Source: Paracoccaceae bacterium
GTDB taxonomy: Bacteria; Pseudomonadota; Alphaproteobacteria; Rhodobacterales; Rhodobacteraceae
Direction: 5' to 3'
Assembly (NCBI GenBank): GCA_047623825.1
Contig: JBLHOS010000002.1
Span: 39,776 to 103,775 of the forward strand
Length of the DNA stretch: 64,000 bases
In this document: piece after piece, positions 1-9,338 of the stretch
Layout: every line of letters begins with the position of its first letter
How positions within the stretch are numbered: the first letter of the stretch is position 1
Notes under the pieces: model-generated
What the model was told of the DNA's origin: nothing
The model's input: only the letters and a program-made list of their open reading frames with translations
Databases searched by the model: none
Made by a program: the position numbers and the translations under genes

Positions 1-2
1 TC

Positions 3-179
3 CGGCAGTCTCGCCACGTTATTTTGGTTGCTGATCATACCAAGTTTCTGCGCAAAGCACCGGCGCGTATCGGATCACTGGCCGATGTATCGTGTCTGGT
101 AACAGATCGCCCGATCACCCCATCGCTGCGCGCGGCATGCGAAAACTGGGGGACGCGCGTCTTGGTTTGCGGGAGGTGA
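3..179 (+). CDS. DeoR/GlpR-family transcriptional regulator, C-terminal fragment (5' end outside window)
   Basis: Frame 3 is open from the window edge to TGA 177-179. It reads ...HVILVADHTKFLRKAPARIGSLADVSCLVTDRPITPSLRAACENWGTRVLVCGR*, typical of the end of the DeoR effector domain. It is not in the ORF track because no start codon lies in the window. Confidence 0.6.
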   Translation, partial: RQSRHVILVADHTKFLRKAPARIGSLADVSCLVTDRPITPSLRAACENWGTRVLVCGR

Positions 180-702
180 CGCAATCCACCGGTTCTGGTT
201 CGCCGGGGTGATCTGGATCTGTTTGGGATCTTCAACGCAATTAAGCTGGGCATTTTTGTATCTCACGCTGCAGGGCCAGCTTAGTTGTAATTTAGACTGG
301 CTGGGTGGGTCCCTCAAATGGACCAAGCCGCCCTGTTGAGCAGCTGGGCCTGCGCTGAAGGGCTAATTCTTTATGTACCGGTTTGGAATGAACCTACGGA
401 CGTCGCCGTGAAAGCAGAGTGGGTACACACCGCACTGTGACCACTGATGAGGTGTTCATCTTGCCGTTTCGCCGGGCTGATCGCCCAGATCATCGACATT
501 TTGCGAGGTCTGATTCTCTTCAACGAACACGGATTAGCGATGGGATGAGGATAATCGTTAAGAATTAGTTGAATTATGTGGCGAATAGTTGCAAAAACAT
601 TGGCGTCTTTTTGGGACACAGTTAATTCATCGTTTCCTTTTCTCTACCAATCTTTAGGTTCTAGTTTGGGTTCAATCCCTTGTTTTGGGTGTAGATCCCA
701 CC

Positions 703-723
703 TGTGGATAACTGTGTGGATAC
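703..723. promoter_or_regulatory. Two same-orientation DnaA-box-like 9-mers (TGTGGATAA, TGTGGATAC) 12 bp apart
   Basis: Read directly as cc-TGTGGATAA-ctg-TGTGGATAC-g. The first is the exact reverse complement of the TTATCCACA consensus; the second has one mismatch. The pair sits in a 1.2-kb AT-rich non-coding stretch. Its role cannot be decided from sequence. Confidence 0.35.
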
Positions 724-1377
724 GACCCGTATTTACCGTTTTATATAAGGTTCTAGGTCCCCTTTGACCTTTTTGATAACGGTAAGACTTAATGTGTCAA
801 CGCGAAACAATCGGCATATTTTCGCCCAGTTTGATATATGTTTTTGCCTAGTATTGGCCACCTAGTGTACGCGACTTCGCCACTTTTCGCCAAAATTTAC
901 TTTTTGGCAGGGTCAAAAAACGCTATCCATATTTAAGCCTAGTTGGGGAACGACGTTTTAAGGTCATGGGGGCTGCCGCACTAAACCATTGATCCGTTAT
1001 GGACCAGAGGGGGCGAGTGTGAGCTGCAAATGCGCGATGCGCGTGCGGTTTCTTTGTTACGGAAAGGCACTGCCATGCCTTTTCCTACGAACCGGAAAAC
1101 CGGGCTTTGATGCTCTCTCACACGGACTAAAGACTTTAGTATTTTTTGTGGCCGCCCTTTACTGGACGTATCGCTCAAACCGTTGGAGTCACGACACTGT
1201 TCGTCAGGGGATGTACTTATGAGATGGGTCAAATTGACTTTACACTTGTCGGCTATTTGTGACGCGTTCGCATGCGATTTGTTCGTAATCCTAATCGAGT
1301 TTTCAAAGTCAATTTTCATGACGTCCGAAACAGCCGCGCATTTGCCGCGTAATGCCGCAACTTAAAGGTGTTGATCG

Positions 1378-3804
1378 ATGACTGAGACCGTTAAATTGAA
1401 CTTCAATGAACTGAGCACAGGCCAGTTCGTCGATAATATATACGCTGACAAGAGCGTCACTATCTCCAGCGGGGATGACGACAACCCTGTAATGGTGCTC
1501 TATACCGATAATCCAACCGGTGGCGATACCGGTCTTGCGACCAATAATCTGGAAAACGTTTTGATCTTGTCTGAAGATGGCGACAACATGGACCCGGACG
1601 ATGAGGCAGATGGTGGCAAATTCATCGTTGATTTTGAAACCCCAGCAAAGATCAAAAAGCTGACATTGCTGGATGTCGAAGAAGGCGCCATGATCAAATT
1701 GTATGATGATCATGACGACGACGATGACACTGCATTGAATGGTCTCGTTGAGGGATCGAACTCTGGCGATATTATCGACATCAACTACACCGGCGACCCA
1801 CAGGGCGAAATGATCGACAATGGCGACGCAATTTTGCCGGGCGAGGGGCCACAGGACGATATCGTTCAGGCCTTTGGTGGTGACGATCTCGTTGAGGCCG
1901 ATGAATGCGATGATGAGGTTTACGGCGGCGACGGCAAAGATGAGCTTTACGGCGAAAACGGCAATGACATCATCTTTGGTGGCAATGGTCCGGGCGCCGA
2001 CGACAATCTTGTTGTGAACGGCTCATTTGAAGAGACCACCGGCATGACGCAAACCGGCGATGGCTATGTCGCCACTGGTTCGATCCCGAATTGGATCGGG
2101 ACAGATCCATCCACCCGCATTGATATGCACAATAACGGTCGCGGTGAGATTGAGGCGACAGATGGCAGCAACTGGCTGGATCTAGAGGCGTCCCCCGGAG
2201 ACATCCGGATTGGACAAGATATCAGCGGCATCGAAGACGGGCAAAGCTATGTTCTGACATTCGATGCAGGCGATGGTGATAGCGGCGCCCTAGCTGGCGA
2301 AAACTTGGTGAATGTCTATTGGGGCGCTGAATTGGTCGCGACGATCGATCCGCCGCAAAGCGAAACCACGAACTACCAGTTTGCACTGATTGGTGGTGCT
2401 GGTGACGGGTTAGACCGGCTTGAATTTGAAGGCGTTGGCCCCGACGACAATGTTGGCGCGTCAATCGATAGTATTCGGATCTTCAGATCTGACTTCATCG
2501 CACCTGACGATGGTAAAGACGACTATATTGATGGCGGTGCCGGTGACGACACCCTGTTTGGTGAAGGCGGCGATGACACGATCATTGGCGGCGACGGATC
2601 AGATATCGTGTTTGGTGGCGACGGCGACGACATTATCGACACCAGCAGTTCTGCGACATTACCGCGGCCGGACCTTGGCTTTCCAGTCAATCCACTGCTT
2701 TCTGGGCTACTTGCCGACAGTGACCCGTTTGATAACCGTGATTTTGTTGACGGCGGGGACGGCAATGACACGATCAGCATTGGTGATGACGAAGATATCA
2801 TTCTGGGTGGCTCAGGCAATGACATCATCTTTGGTGCAGATGATGACGATATCATCTATGGCGGAACCGGCAACGACACGATCGTTGCGGGCATCGATGA
2901 TGACTACGTCGAAGGGGGCGCTGGTAATGACATTATCACAAGCGGTCAGGGTAACGATACGCTGCTTGGTCAAGCTGGTTCCGGTACCTTCACAGATGCC
3001 ACTGGCGGCGACACCGTCGATGGTGGTGCCGATGACGGTATTGATGAAAATGGCGATGCGACCACCGACTTTGACACGCTGGATCTGACCGGTCTCAATT
3101 ATGAGTTCATTTCGCAAAAGACCGACGTGGATGGCGACTCGACCAGTGGTCAGATTACTGACCTCGACAATGGTGGGATCATCACATTCTCTGAGATTGA
3201 GGAGATCCTTGGTGACCCGGTCTGCTTTACGCTGGGCACGCTGATTGCGACCCCGAATGGTCAAAAGACGATTGAATCGCTGAAGGAAGGCGATAAAATC
3301 ATCACGCGCGACAATGGCATCCAAGAGATCCGATGGGTCGGAAGTCGCACCTTGAACGGGCCAGAACTGCGCAAAACACCGCATCTGCGCCCCATCCTGA
3401 TCAAAGCCGGTTCCTTGGGTGAAAATCAACCGGAACGCGACGTGATGGTCTCACCTCAGCACCGGATGTTGGTTAGCAATGTGCAGACCAGCCTCTATTT
3501 TGATGAGCATGAAGTCCTGGTGGCGGCTAAATATTTGGTCAACCACGCTGGTGTGCAATGGATCGACACCCTGCGCGCGACGTACATCCACTTCTTGTTC
3601 GATAAACATGAAATTGTGCTGGCGAACGGTGCGTGGACCGAGAGCTTTCAACCTGCGGACTATTCTTTGGACGGGCTTGGAAACTCTCAACGCATCGAGA
3701 TCTATGAGTTGTTCCCCGAGTTACAAAAGACTGAAAGCCGGGACTCTTATCAGGCAGCCCGCCGTGCGTTGAATCGGCACGAAGCGCTTCTTTTGACAAA
3801 GTAA
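1378..3804 (+). CDS. Large secreted-type protein: acidic N-terminus, RTX (GGxGxD) beta-roll repeats, lectin-like middle module, C-terminal Hint / bacterial intein-like domain
   Basis: 808-aa ORF with these parts:
- a poly-Asp run, DDHDDDDD;
- nonapeptide repeats such as GGAGDDTLFGEGGDDTIIGGDGSDIVFGGDGDDIID;
- a middle segment NLVVNGSFEE...WLDLEAS;
- a C-terminus CFTLGTLIATPNGQKTIESLKEGDKIITRDNG...HEIVLANGAWTESFQP that matches the Hint_2/BIL pattern common in Rhodobacterales. Confidence 0.85.
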   Translation: MTETVKLNFNELSTGQFVDNIYADKSVTISSGDDDNPVMVLYTDNPTGGDTGLATNNLENVLILSEDGDNMDPDDEADGGKFIVDFETPAKIKKLTLLDVEEGAMIKLYDDHDDDDDTALNGLVEGSNSGDIIDINYTGDPQGEMIDNGDAILPGEGPQDDIVQAFGGDDLVEADECDDEVYGGDGKDELYGENGNDIIFGGNGPGADDNLVVNGSFEETTGMTQTGDGYVATGSIPNWIGTDPSTRIDMHNNGRGEIEATDGSNWLDLEASPGDIRIGQDISGIEDGQSYVLTFDAGDGDSGALAGENLVNVYWGAELVATIDPPQSETTNYQFALIGGAGDGLDRLEFEGVGPDDNVGASIDSIRIFRSDFIAPDDGKDDYIDGGAGDDTLFGEGGDDTIIGGDGSDIVFGGDGDDIIDTSSSATLPRPDLGFPVNPLLSGLLADSDPFDNRDFVDGGDGNDTISIGDDEDIILGGSGNDIIFGADDDDIIYGGTGNDTIVAGIDDDYVEGGAGNDIITSGQGNDTLLGQAGSGTFTDATGGDTVDGGADDGIDENGDATTDFDTLDLTGLNYEFISQKTDVDGDSTSGQITDLDNGGIITFSEIEEILGDPVCFTLGTLIATPNGQKTIESLKEGDKIITRDNGIQEIRWVGSRTLNGPELRKTPHLRPILIKAGSLGENQPERDVMVSPQHRMLVSNVQTSLYFDEHEVLVAAKYLVNHAGVQWIDTLRATYIHFLFDKHEIVLANGAWTESFQPADYSLDGLGNSQRIEIYELFPELQKTESRDSYQAARRALNRHEALLLTK
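2518..3050 (+). repeat. Main block of RTX calcium-binding nonapeptide repeats (coding, inside the Hint-domain gene); a shorter block lies at about 1870-1990
   Basis: Repeated GG-x-G-x-D-x-hydrophobic-x units are visible in the translation (DGGAGDDTLFG, EGGDDTIIG, GDGSDIVFG, GDGDDIID, GGSGNDIIFG, GGTGNDTIVAG, GGAGNDIITSG, GQGNDTLLG). Confidence 0.8.
3223..3653 (+). other. Hint (Hedgehog/intein-like, BIL) domain at the C-terminus of the 808-aa protein
   Basis: Starts at Cys codon TGC 3223-3225 (CFTLGTLIATPNG) and ends near ANGAWTESFQP. Only about 50 residues follow the domain. Confidence 0.7.
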
Positions 3805-3863
3805 TGCAGTGAAGGACCTAATCGTCGGGTGGGTATCGCCCATCCGAAACAACCTTTGGAATG

Positions 3864-3890
3864 GGGCGATCTTTGGATCGCCCTCTTTTA
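3864..3890. terminator. Intrinsic terminator hairpin between convergent genes
   Basis: GGGCGATC-TTTG-GATCGCCC followed by TCTTTT, 60 nt after the Hint-gene stop. It abuts the stop of the convergent gene at 3888. Confidence 0.6.
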
Positions 3891-4481
3891 TGAAATAGCG
3901 CGCTCTGCGCGCCAAGCTGCCCAAGCCTCAGGAGTGTCCAGATCAGTCAGCGCGCGGTTTTCCGGCAAGGGCACAAGATGGATCAGATTTGAATGCCGTT
4001 TCAGGACATCGCGGGCACCCTGATCGCCGGTTATTTCGGACAGTTCCCCAAAGAGATGTGCCGGAAAGATCACCGGATGGCCTGGGGTTCCGTCAGCCGC
4101 CGCCGCCCTGAAAATCATCTTGGGCGCTTGGGCGGCTAATGTGGCCAAAACATACATGTCATGCGCTGTTACCTCTGGCATATCAGCCAGAACAATCATC
4201 GCTGCAGGGGCATCAAGACCGCCTAATCCAGTAACAATTGACGAAGACATTCCGGTGTCTTGCTGGGCGAATTTGACGTCACATTCAACATCTGTCAGCG
4301 CCTCCAACCGTGCGTCTTGATCAGGCCCCAGCACCACAATTGTTGGCCCAACCTTGGCACAGCGCCGGGCCATAACGTTCAAAAGCGGGGTGCCACTCAC
4401 ATCTTCCAGCATCTTGTCCGCCCCTCGCATGCGCATGGAGCGGCCAGCGGCCAGAAGGATCAGGGTCAATTTATCAGACAT
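3888..4481 (-). CDS. MobA/MocA-like nucleotidyltransferase (NTP_transf_3 family)
   Basis: MSDKLTLILLAAGRSMRMRG-ADKML...VLADMP... is the LAAGxSxRMG nucleotide-binding signature of MobA-like enzymes. I chose the internal ATG at 4481 so the gene does not overlap the upstream gene's stop at 4525; the ORF-track start is 4556. Confidence 0.7.
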   Translation of the reverse strand: MSDKLTLILLAAGRSMRMRGADKMLEDVSGTPLLNVMARRCAKVGPTIVVLGPDQDARLEALTDVECDVKFAQQDTGMSSSIVTGLGGLDAPAAMIVLADMPEVTAHDMYVLATLAAQAPKMIFRAAAADGTPGHPVIFPAHLFGELSEITGDQGARDVLKRHSNLIHLVPLPENRALTDLDTPEAWAAWRAERAIS

Positions 4482-4524
4482 TACCTCACTTGCCCGACTT
4501 CTGCGGTTAGCGTCAAGGGACCGC

Positions 4525-6939
4525 TTAGCCGCGCATCCGCGCACCATCCCCATCAAACAATGGCTCTGAGATTAAAACAGCCCGGTGCATCTTGCCCAAA
4601 ATCTCGATCTCGACCTGCAAGCCATCGGTGATCCGATCAACGGGAAGAAACCCAAGCGCAATCGATTTCTCAGCGTGATGCGAATACCCACCCGATGTGC
4701 AGAACCCTTGCACGCGGCCATCCAACCAAATTGGCTCATAGGCCACGACATCAGCGTCATCCGCGTGAACTTCAAACGCACAAAGTTTGCGGTCGGTGCC
4801 ACTGTCACGCTCAGCCTGCGCAGCAGCACGACCGATAAAATCCGTGTCCTTTTTAAACCGAATGAACCGATCAAGGCCAGTTTCGGCAGCCGTATAATCA
4901 GGAGAGAACTCAGACAACCAAGAGCCAAAGAATTTATCCAACCGCAGCGACATCATTGCGCGCATGCCAAATGGACGAATGCCCAGATCCTGACCCGCAT
5001 TCCACAGCGTTGACCAAAGGGCGCGCTGATCCATTGCCGGCACGTAAATCTCATATCCCAGATCGCCGGTATAGCTGACGCGCTGAACGATCGCGTCGGT
5101 CATGCCAATCCCAATCCGCTTGACGTCCATGAACTTGAACGCCTCAGCAGAGACATCGGCGCGCGTAACGCGTGCCAGCAGCTCACGGGCATTTGGCCCA
5201 GCAATTTGAAATCCGGTACGCTGATCTGAGATATTTTCGACCGTCACGCCCGTGTCCAAATTCTGTTCAAACCAGCGTAAATGATAGTCTTGTGAGCCGT
5301 AGCTGCCGGTCAGCTGAAACTCAGTCTCGCCTAGACAAGACACCGTGAAATCACCAACTAACCGGCCCGAAGGGGCCAGCATGGGCGTCAATGATAATCG
5401 ACCTTGTTTTGGGATGTGTCCGGCCATTATCCGGTCAAGCCAGGCACGCGCACCAACACCGGTAACCCGGTATTTACCAAAATTCTGCACTTCGTTGATG
5501 CCAACGGCACTGCGCACAGCCTTGACCTCAGCCTTTGTTGCGTCCCATGCGTTTGAGCGACGGAATGACGGTATTTCGTACCGCGGCTCGCCGCTTAACG
5601 CGAAGTAGTTCACAACTTCCATGCCGTATTGCTGACCCCAGACCGCGTTCATGCCATCAAAAATGTCGTACATCGGGGTGGTGCGAAACGGGCGGGCGGC
5701 TGGCAGTTCCTCATTTGGGTAGCTGATCGAAAAGCGGTTTTGGTAGTTTTCAACAACCTTTGGCAATGTATAACCGGGTGTGATCCAACGGCCAAAGCGC
5801 GCGACATCCATCGCGGTGACATCGCGTTCTGGCATGCCTTCGGTCATCCATTGCGCCAACATCAGACCGACGCCACCACCTTGGGAAAAGCCTGCCATAA
5901 CACCACAAGCTGACCAGTAATTTCGCAACCCCGGAACTGGGCCCACCAATGGGTTGCCGTCGGGTGCAAATGTGAACGGACCGTGGACCACAGATTTAAC
6001 CCCTGCACGCTCCAGAACTGGAAAGCGGCGATAGGCAAATTCGATGCTGTCTTCGATCTTGTCGAAATTATCTGCTAGTAACTCATGGCCAAAATCCCAC
6101 GGTGTTCCGTCGACGGCCCAGGGTTTGCAGGGTTGCTCATAAAAGCCGATGCACAGGCCGCGGCCTTCTTGGCGCAGATAACTTTCGCCAGAAGGATCCA
6201 TTACATGGGGATGCTCGGTGTCGCGCTCATAGATCTCCGGGATCTCGTCTGTGACAATGTACTGATGCTCCATCGGATGCAGCGGCAGGTAGACGCCGGC
6301 CATTTGCGCCACTTCACGTGCCCATAAACCGCCCGCATTCACCACGTGCTCGGCATGAATCGTGCCTTTTTCGGTCACCACATCCCAGCTGCCATCAGGG
6401 CGAGAATTGGTCTCTAAGACTTTGCAATGGGTGATGATTTCGGCGCCGCCCATACGTGCAGCCTTGGCATAGGCATGGGTTGTGCCCGACGGATCAAGGT
6501 GGCCGTCTAACGGATCATAAAGGCCGCCCAATATGCCGTCGATATTGGTGATGGGGGCGACTTTTTTGATCTCTTCGGGCGACAGGATTTCAGTCTCCAG
6601 TCCCATAAACCGGTGTTTGGCGCGTTCTGCCTTCAGCATATCAAAGCGTTCTTGAGTGTCGGCCAATGTCACGCCGCCGACGTGGTGTAGGCCGCATGAC
6701 ATGCCGGTCAGCTCTTCGAGCTCGCGGTAGAGCTTGATGGTGTAACCCTGCAACGCGGCCATGTTGGTGTCACCGTTCAGCGTATGAAACCCGCCCGCTG
6801 CATGCCACGTTGATCCGGACGTCAATTCAGATCGTTCCAACAACATGATGTCGGACCATCCCATCTTGGTCAGATGGTAGAGAACCGAACAGCCAACGAC
6901 GCCACCGCCGATAACACAGACTTGAGTTTGGGTTTTCAT
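4525..6939 (-). CDS. FAD-dependent oxidoreductase fused to GcvT-type aminomethyltransferase domain (dimethylglycine/sarcosine dehydrogenase family)
   Basis: 804 aa. The N-terminal dinucleotide fold is VCVIGGGVVGCSVLYHL...SGSTWHAAGG. The long C-terminal half has folate-binding GcvT-like character. Length and layout are typical of DMGDH-like enzymes. Confidence 0.85.
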   Translation of the reverse strand: MKTQTQVCVIGGGVVGCSVLYHLTKMGWSDIMLLERSELTSGSTWHAAGGFHTLNGDTNMAALQGYTIKLYRELEELTGMSCGLHHVGGVTLADTQERFDMLKAERAKHRFMGLETEILSPEEIKKVAPITNIDGILGGLYDPLDGHLDPSGTTHAYAKAARMGGAEIITHCKVLETNSRPDGSWDVVTEKGTIHAEHVVNAGGLWAREVAQMAGVYLPLHPMEHQYIVTDEIPEIYERDTEHPHVMDPSGESYLRQEGRGLCIGFYEQPCKPWAVDGTPWDFGHELLADNFDKIEDSIEFAYRRFPVLERAGVKSVVHGPFTFAPDGNPLVGPVPGLRNYWSACGVMAGFSQGGGVGLMLAQWMTEGMPERDVTAMDVARFGRWITPGYTLPKVVENYQNRFSISYPNEELPAARPFRTTPMYDIFDGMNAVWGQQYGMEVVNYFALSGEPRYEIPSFRRSNAWDATKAEVKAVRSAVGINEVQNFGKYRVTGVGARAWLDRIMAGHIPKQGRLSLTPMLAPSGRLVGDFTVSCLGETEFQLTGSYGSQDYHLRWFEQNLDTGVTVENISDQRTGFQIAGPNARELLARVTRADVSAEAFKFMDVKRIGIGMTDAIVQRVSYTGDLGYEIYVPAMDQRALWSTLWNAGQDLGIRPFGMRAMMSLRLDKFFGSWLSEFSPDYTAAETGLDRFIRFKKDTDFIGRAAAQAERDSGTDRKLCAFEVHADDADVVAYEPIWLDGRVQGFCTSGGYSHHAEKSIALGFLPVDRITDGLQVEIEILGKMHRAVLISEPLFDGDGARMRG

Positions 6940-7038
6940 CGCAGCGCTCCTTAGTCTTAGATTTAAGACATTGAAAAGCGCACGTCGCGTACCGGCAAGC
7001 CGGAATGCGACATTCCCCGTCGTTTGCAGCGACAGTGA

Positions 7039-8346
7039 CTAAAGCTTGCGGACTTTTAGCTGGGTCAGTCGGTTTTGTTCGCGCGATGCAACCTCAAAAC
7101 GGAAACCATGGAAACTGAAGCATTGTCCAACCACAGGGATCATCTGCGCCTCATGGATCACCAGACCCGCAACGGTGTTGGCCTCGTCATCTGGCAAAGA
7201 CCAATCGGCGGCCCGGTTCAGGTCGCGAATGGTCATGCCGCCATCAATCAGGAAATTTCCGTCCGGGGCCGGTTCAAGCGAAAGCCGTTCGTCATCATCG
7301 TACTCGTCCGTGATTTCACCGACGATCTCTTCGAGGATATCTTCCAGCGTAATCAGGCCTTGCAGCGCACCGTATTCGTCGACGACCAGCGCAAAATGCG
7401 TGTGGCGGCGCAGAAATTCGCGCATTTGATCGTCCAGCGTCGTGGTCTCTGGGACAAAATAGGGCTTCATCGCAACGTCGGTGACATCAAAAGCCGCCAA
7501 CCCGTGTTCAGACGCCGCAGGCCCTCTGACCAGCGCATCAATGCTGCGCAGCATATCTTTGGCGTGTACGACACCGATAATATTGTCTTGCTCACCGCGG
7601 TAAACTGGCATGCGAGTATAGCGTGATTGTAGCGCCTGACTAAGGATGTCCTCAGGCTTGTTATCTGCATTGATCATCTCAATGCCGGAACGATGAAGCA
7701 TGATTTCTTCAACAGTCCTGTCCCCAAGATCCAGCGCGCCCAGCAATCGGTCGCGATGTTCTTTCTCAACCGCACCTTCGGAATGGCCAAGCGTAATGGC
7801 GCCTGCAATCTCTTCGCGGGCCGACAAAACTGCGCTGTCTGGATCTGTCTGAACCCCAAACAGGCGCAAGAGACCTCGGACCAAGATTTGCACCATCGCC
7901 ACAACCGGCGAGAAGACTAAGATCACAACCTGAATGATCGGTGATACCTTTGCCGCTGCCCGCTCTGCATTGGTAATTGCGTAGGTTTTTGGCAGCACTT
8001 CGGCAAAGATCAGGACCAGAAGTGTCATGACCAGTGTTGCCAGTGCGATACCGCTTTCACCAAAGGCACGGGTGAACAGCGCTGTGGCCAAAGAGGCCGC
8101 CAGGATGTTCACCAGATTGTTGCCCAGCAGGACGGACCCGATCAGTCGCTCACTGTCTTCGGTCAACAGCAAAGCCCGCTCAGCCCCTTTGTTGCCGCGA
8201 TCCGCCTGGGATCGCAACTTGCCGCGAGAGGCAGCAGTCAGGGCCGTTTCAGAGCCTGAGAAAAAAGCAGACAACACCAGCAGCCCCAAGATGGAGGCCG
8301 ACGTAATCCAGAATGCAGTGTCAAAAACAGTCGGGTCGATCATCAT
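7039..8346 (-). CDS. HlyC/CorC (TlyC) family transporter: DUF21 membrane domain, CBS pair, CorC_HlyC domain
   Basis: 435 aa. Has FFSGSETAL in the first TM region, a CBS-pair region (VEEIMLHRSGI...IIGVVHAKDML) and a C-terminal transporter-associated domain. Confidence 0.85.
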   Translation of the reverse strand: MMIDPTVFDTAFWITSASILGLLVLSAFFSGSETALTAASRGKLRSQADRGNKGAERALLLTEDSERLIGSVLLGNNLVNILAASLATALFTRAFGESGIALATLVMTLLVLIFAEVLPKTYAITNAERAAAKVSPIIQVVILVFSPVVAMVQILVRGLLRLFGVQTDPDSAVLSAREEIAGAITLGHSEGAVEKEHRDRLLGALDLGDRTVEEIMLHRSGIEMINADNKPEDILSQALQSRYTRMPVYRGEQDNIIGVVHAKDMLRSIDALVRGPAASEHGLAAFDVTDVAMKPYFVPETTTLDDQMREFLRRHTHFALVVDEYGALQGLITLEDILEEIVGEITDEYDDDERLSLEPAPDGNFLIDGGMTIRDLNRAADWSLPDDEANTVAGLVIHEAQMIPVVGQCFSFHGFRFEVASREQNRLTQLKVRKL

Positions 8347-8414
8347 TCGTCCGATTTATGGAAGCAATAATTTGGTTATGGGGCGCTGCCGCTGCTCTTT
8401 CAAGGGCGGGTTAT

Positions 8415-9338
8415 CTAGCCCTGTGCCAACGGATGATGGTTCAGGACCAGATCTTTCATCCGCTCGTCCAAGACGTGGGTGTATATTTCCGTGGTGGCGA
8501 TGTCGGCATGACCCAGCAAGGTCTGGATACTTCTTAGATCTGCGCCATTTGCCAATAAATGGGTGGCAAACGCATGGCGCAAAGTATGTGGTGTGACCGT
8601 ATGCGCAGGAATATCGGCGGCGACTGCAATTTCCTTGATCAGCGTGAAAAATCGGACGCGGGTCAAATGCCCACTTTTGGCGCGTGACGGAAATAGCACA
8701 GCAGAGAGCGGTTTGCCATTTTCGACGCGCTGACGTTCTTCCTCGGCCTCCCGCCAAAGTAACCACCTAGCCAAGGCTTCTTTGGCGGGAGGCGACAGTG
8801 GAACTAGGCGCTCCTTGTTTCCTTTGCCTCGGATCAGCAACAGTTTTGGACTGCCTCGCGCGGCTGCCACCGGCAGTGATACCAGCTCTGTCACTCGCAT
8901 CCCGGTCGCATAAAGCAACTGCATCAAGCAGTAGTTTCGCAACCGATCACCCTCAGATCTACCGTGGGATTTGGCGGCCAAAAGCAGCTGGTCAACTTCT
9001 TGAGGGGTCAGGGTTTTGGGCAATCTCATATCGCGCCCCGGTCCTTTGATTTGAACTGCAGGATTATCTGTGCGCCAATTTTCATCAAGCGCAAAGTTGT
9101 AAAATTGTTTGATAGCAGACAATCTGCGTGCCCGAGTGGATTTGGCTAAACCTTCGCCCTCAAGACCAATTAGATAGTCTTCGATATCCTTGCGGGCTGC
9201 AGCTTTTAAGCCCAATTTTTGTTCTAACAGCCAATTTTCGAAATTAACCAAGTCCCGACCGTACGCCAATAAAGTATTTTCTGCGGCATTCAGTTCGGCA
9301 GCCTGCGCGTCCAAAAACGTTGAGATCCATTTGCTCAT
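8415..9338 (-). CDS. xerD: Site-specific tyrosine recombinase XerD
   Basis: 307 aa. The N-terminal SAM-like domain carries NTLLAYGRDLVNFENWL. Catalytic region motifs are ATGMRVTELVSL, HTLRHAFATHLL and LLGHADIATTEIYTHV. The position next to aroK-aroB is usual for alphaproteobacterial xerD. Confidence 0.85.
   Translation of the reverse strand: MSKWISTFLDAQAAELNAAENTLLAYGRDLVNFENWLLEQKLGLKAAARKDIEDYLIGLEGEGLAKSTRARRLSAIKQFYNFALDENWRTDNPAVQIKGPGRDMRLPKTLTPQEVDQLLLAAKSHGRSEGDRLRNYCLMQLLYATGMRVTELVSLPVAAARGSPKLLLIRGKGNKERLVPLSPPAKEALARWLLWREAEEERQRVENGKPLSAVLFPSRAKSGHLTRVRFFTLIKEIAVAADIPAHTVTPHTLRHAFATHLLANGADLRSIQTLLGHADIATTEIYTHVLDERMKDLVLNHHPLAQG

Noticed and set aside
371-1319. ORFs 371-619 (-), 981-1319 (-), 989-1222 (+) as real genes in the AT-rich desert
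   Set aside because: They have no Shine-Dalgarno and no recognisable motif, their composition is unlike neighbouring genes, and they overlap each other. Small proteins cannot be excluded without expression data.
180-1377. Calling this stretch the chromosomal replication origin (oriC)
   Set aside because: There are only two good DnaA boxes and one weak one. No hemE, dnaA, parAB or gidAB-type origin-neighbour genes are in view. No perfect CtrA box is present, and gene orientation across the window shows no switch. The observation is kept as a finding, not as an oriC call.
2518-3050. Periodic DNA repeats that could be mistaken for a CRISPR array or VNTR
   Set aside because: The periodicity is 27 nt and imperfect. 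It lies in one long open frame and translates to GGxGxD RTX nonapeptides. There are no spacer-like unique segments and no cas genes.
2420-3429. Alternative-frame and antisense ORFs of 110-222 aa inside the Hint/RTX gene (2420-3088 +, 2523-2855 -, 2812-3429 -)
   Set aside because: They lie fully within a gene with strong domain evidence. Their translations are low-complexity (Ser/Pro/Thr/Met-rich) shadows of the repeat region.
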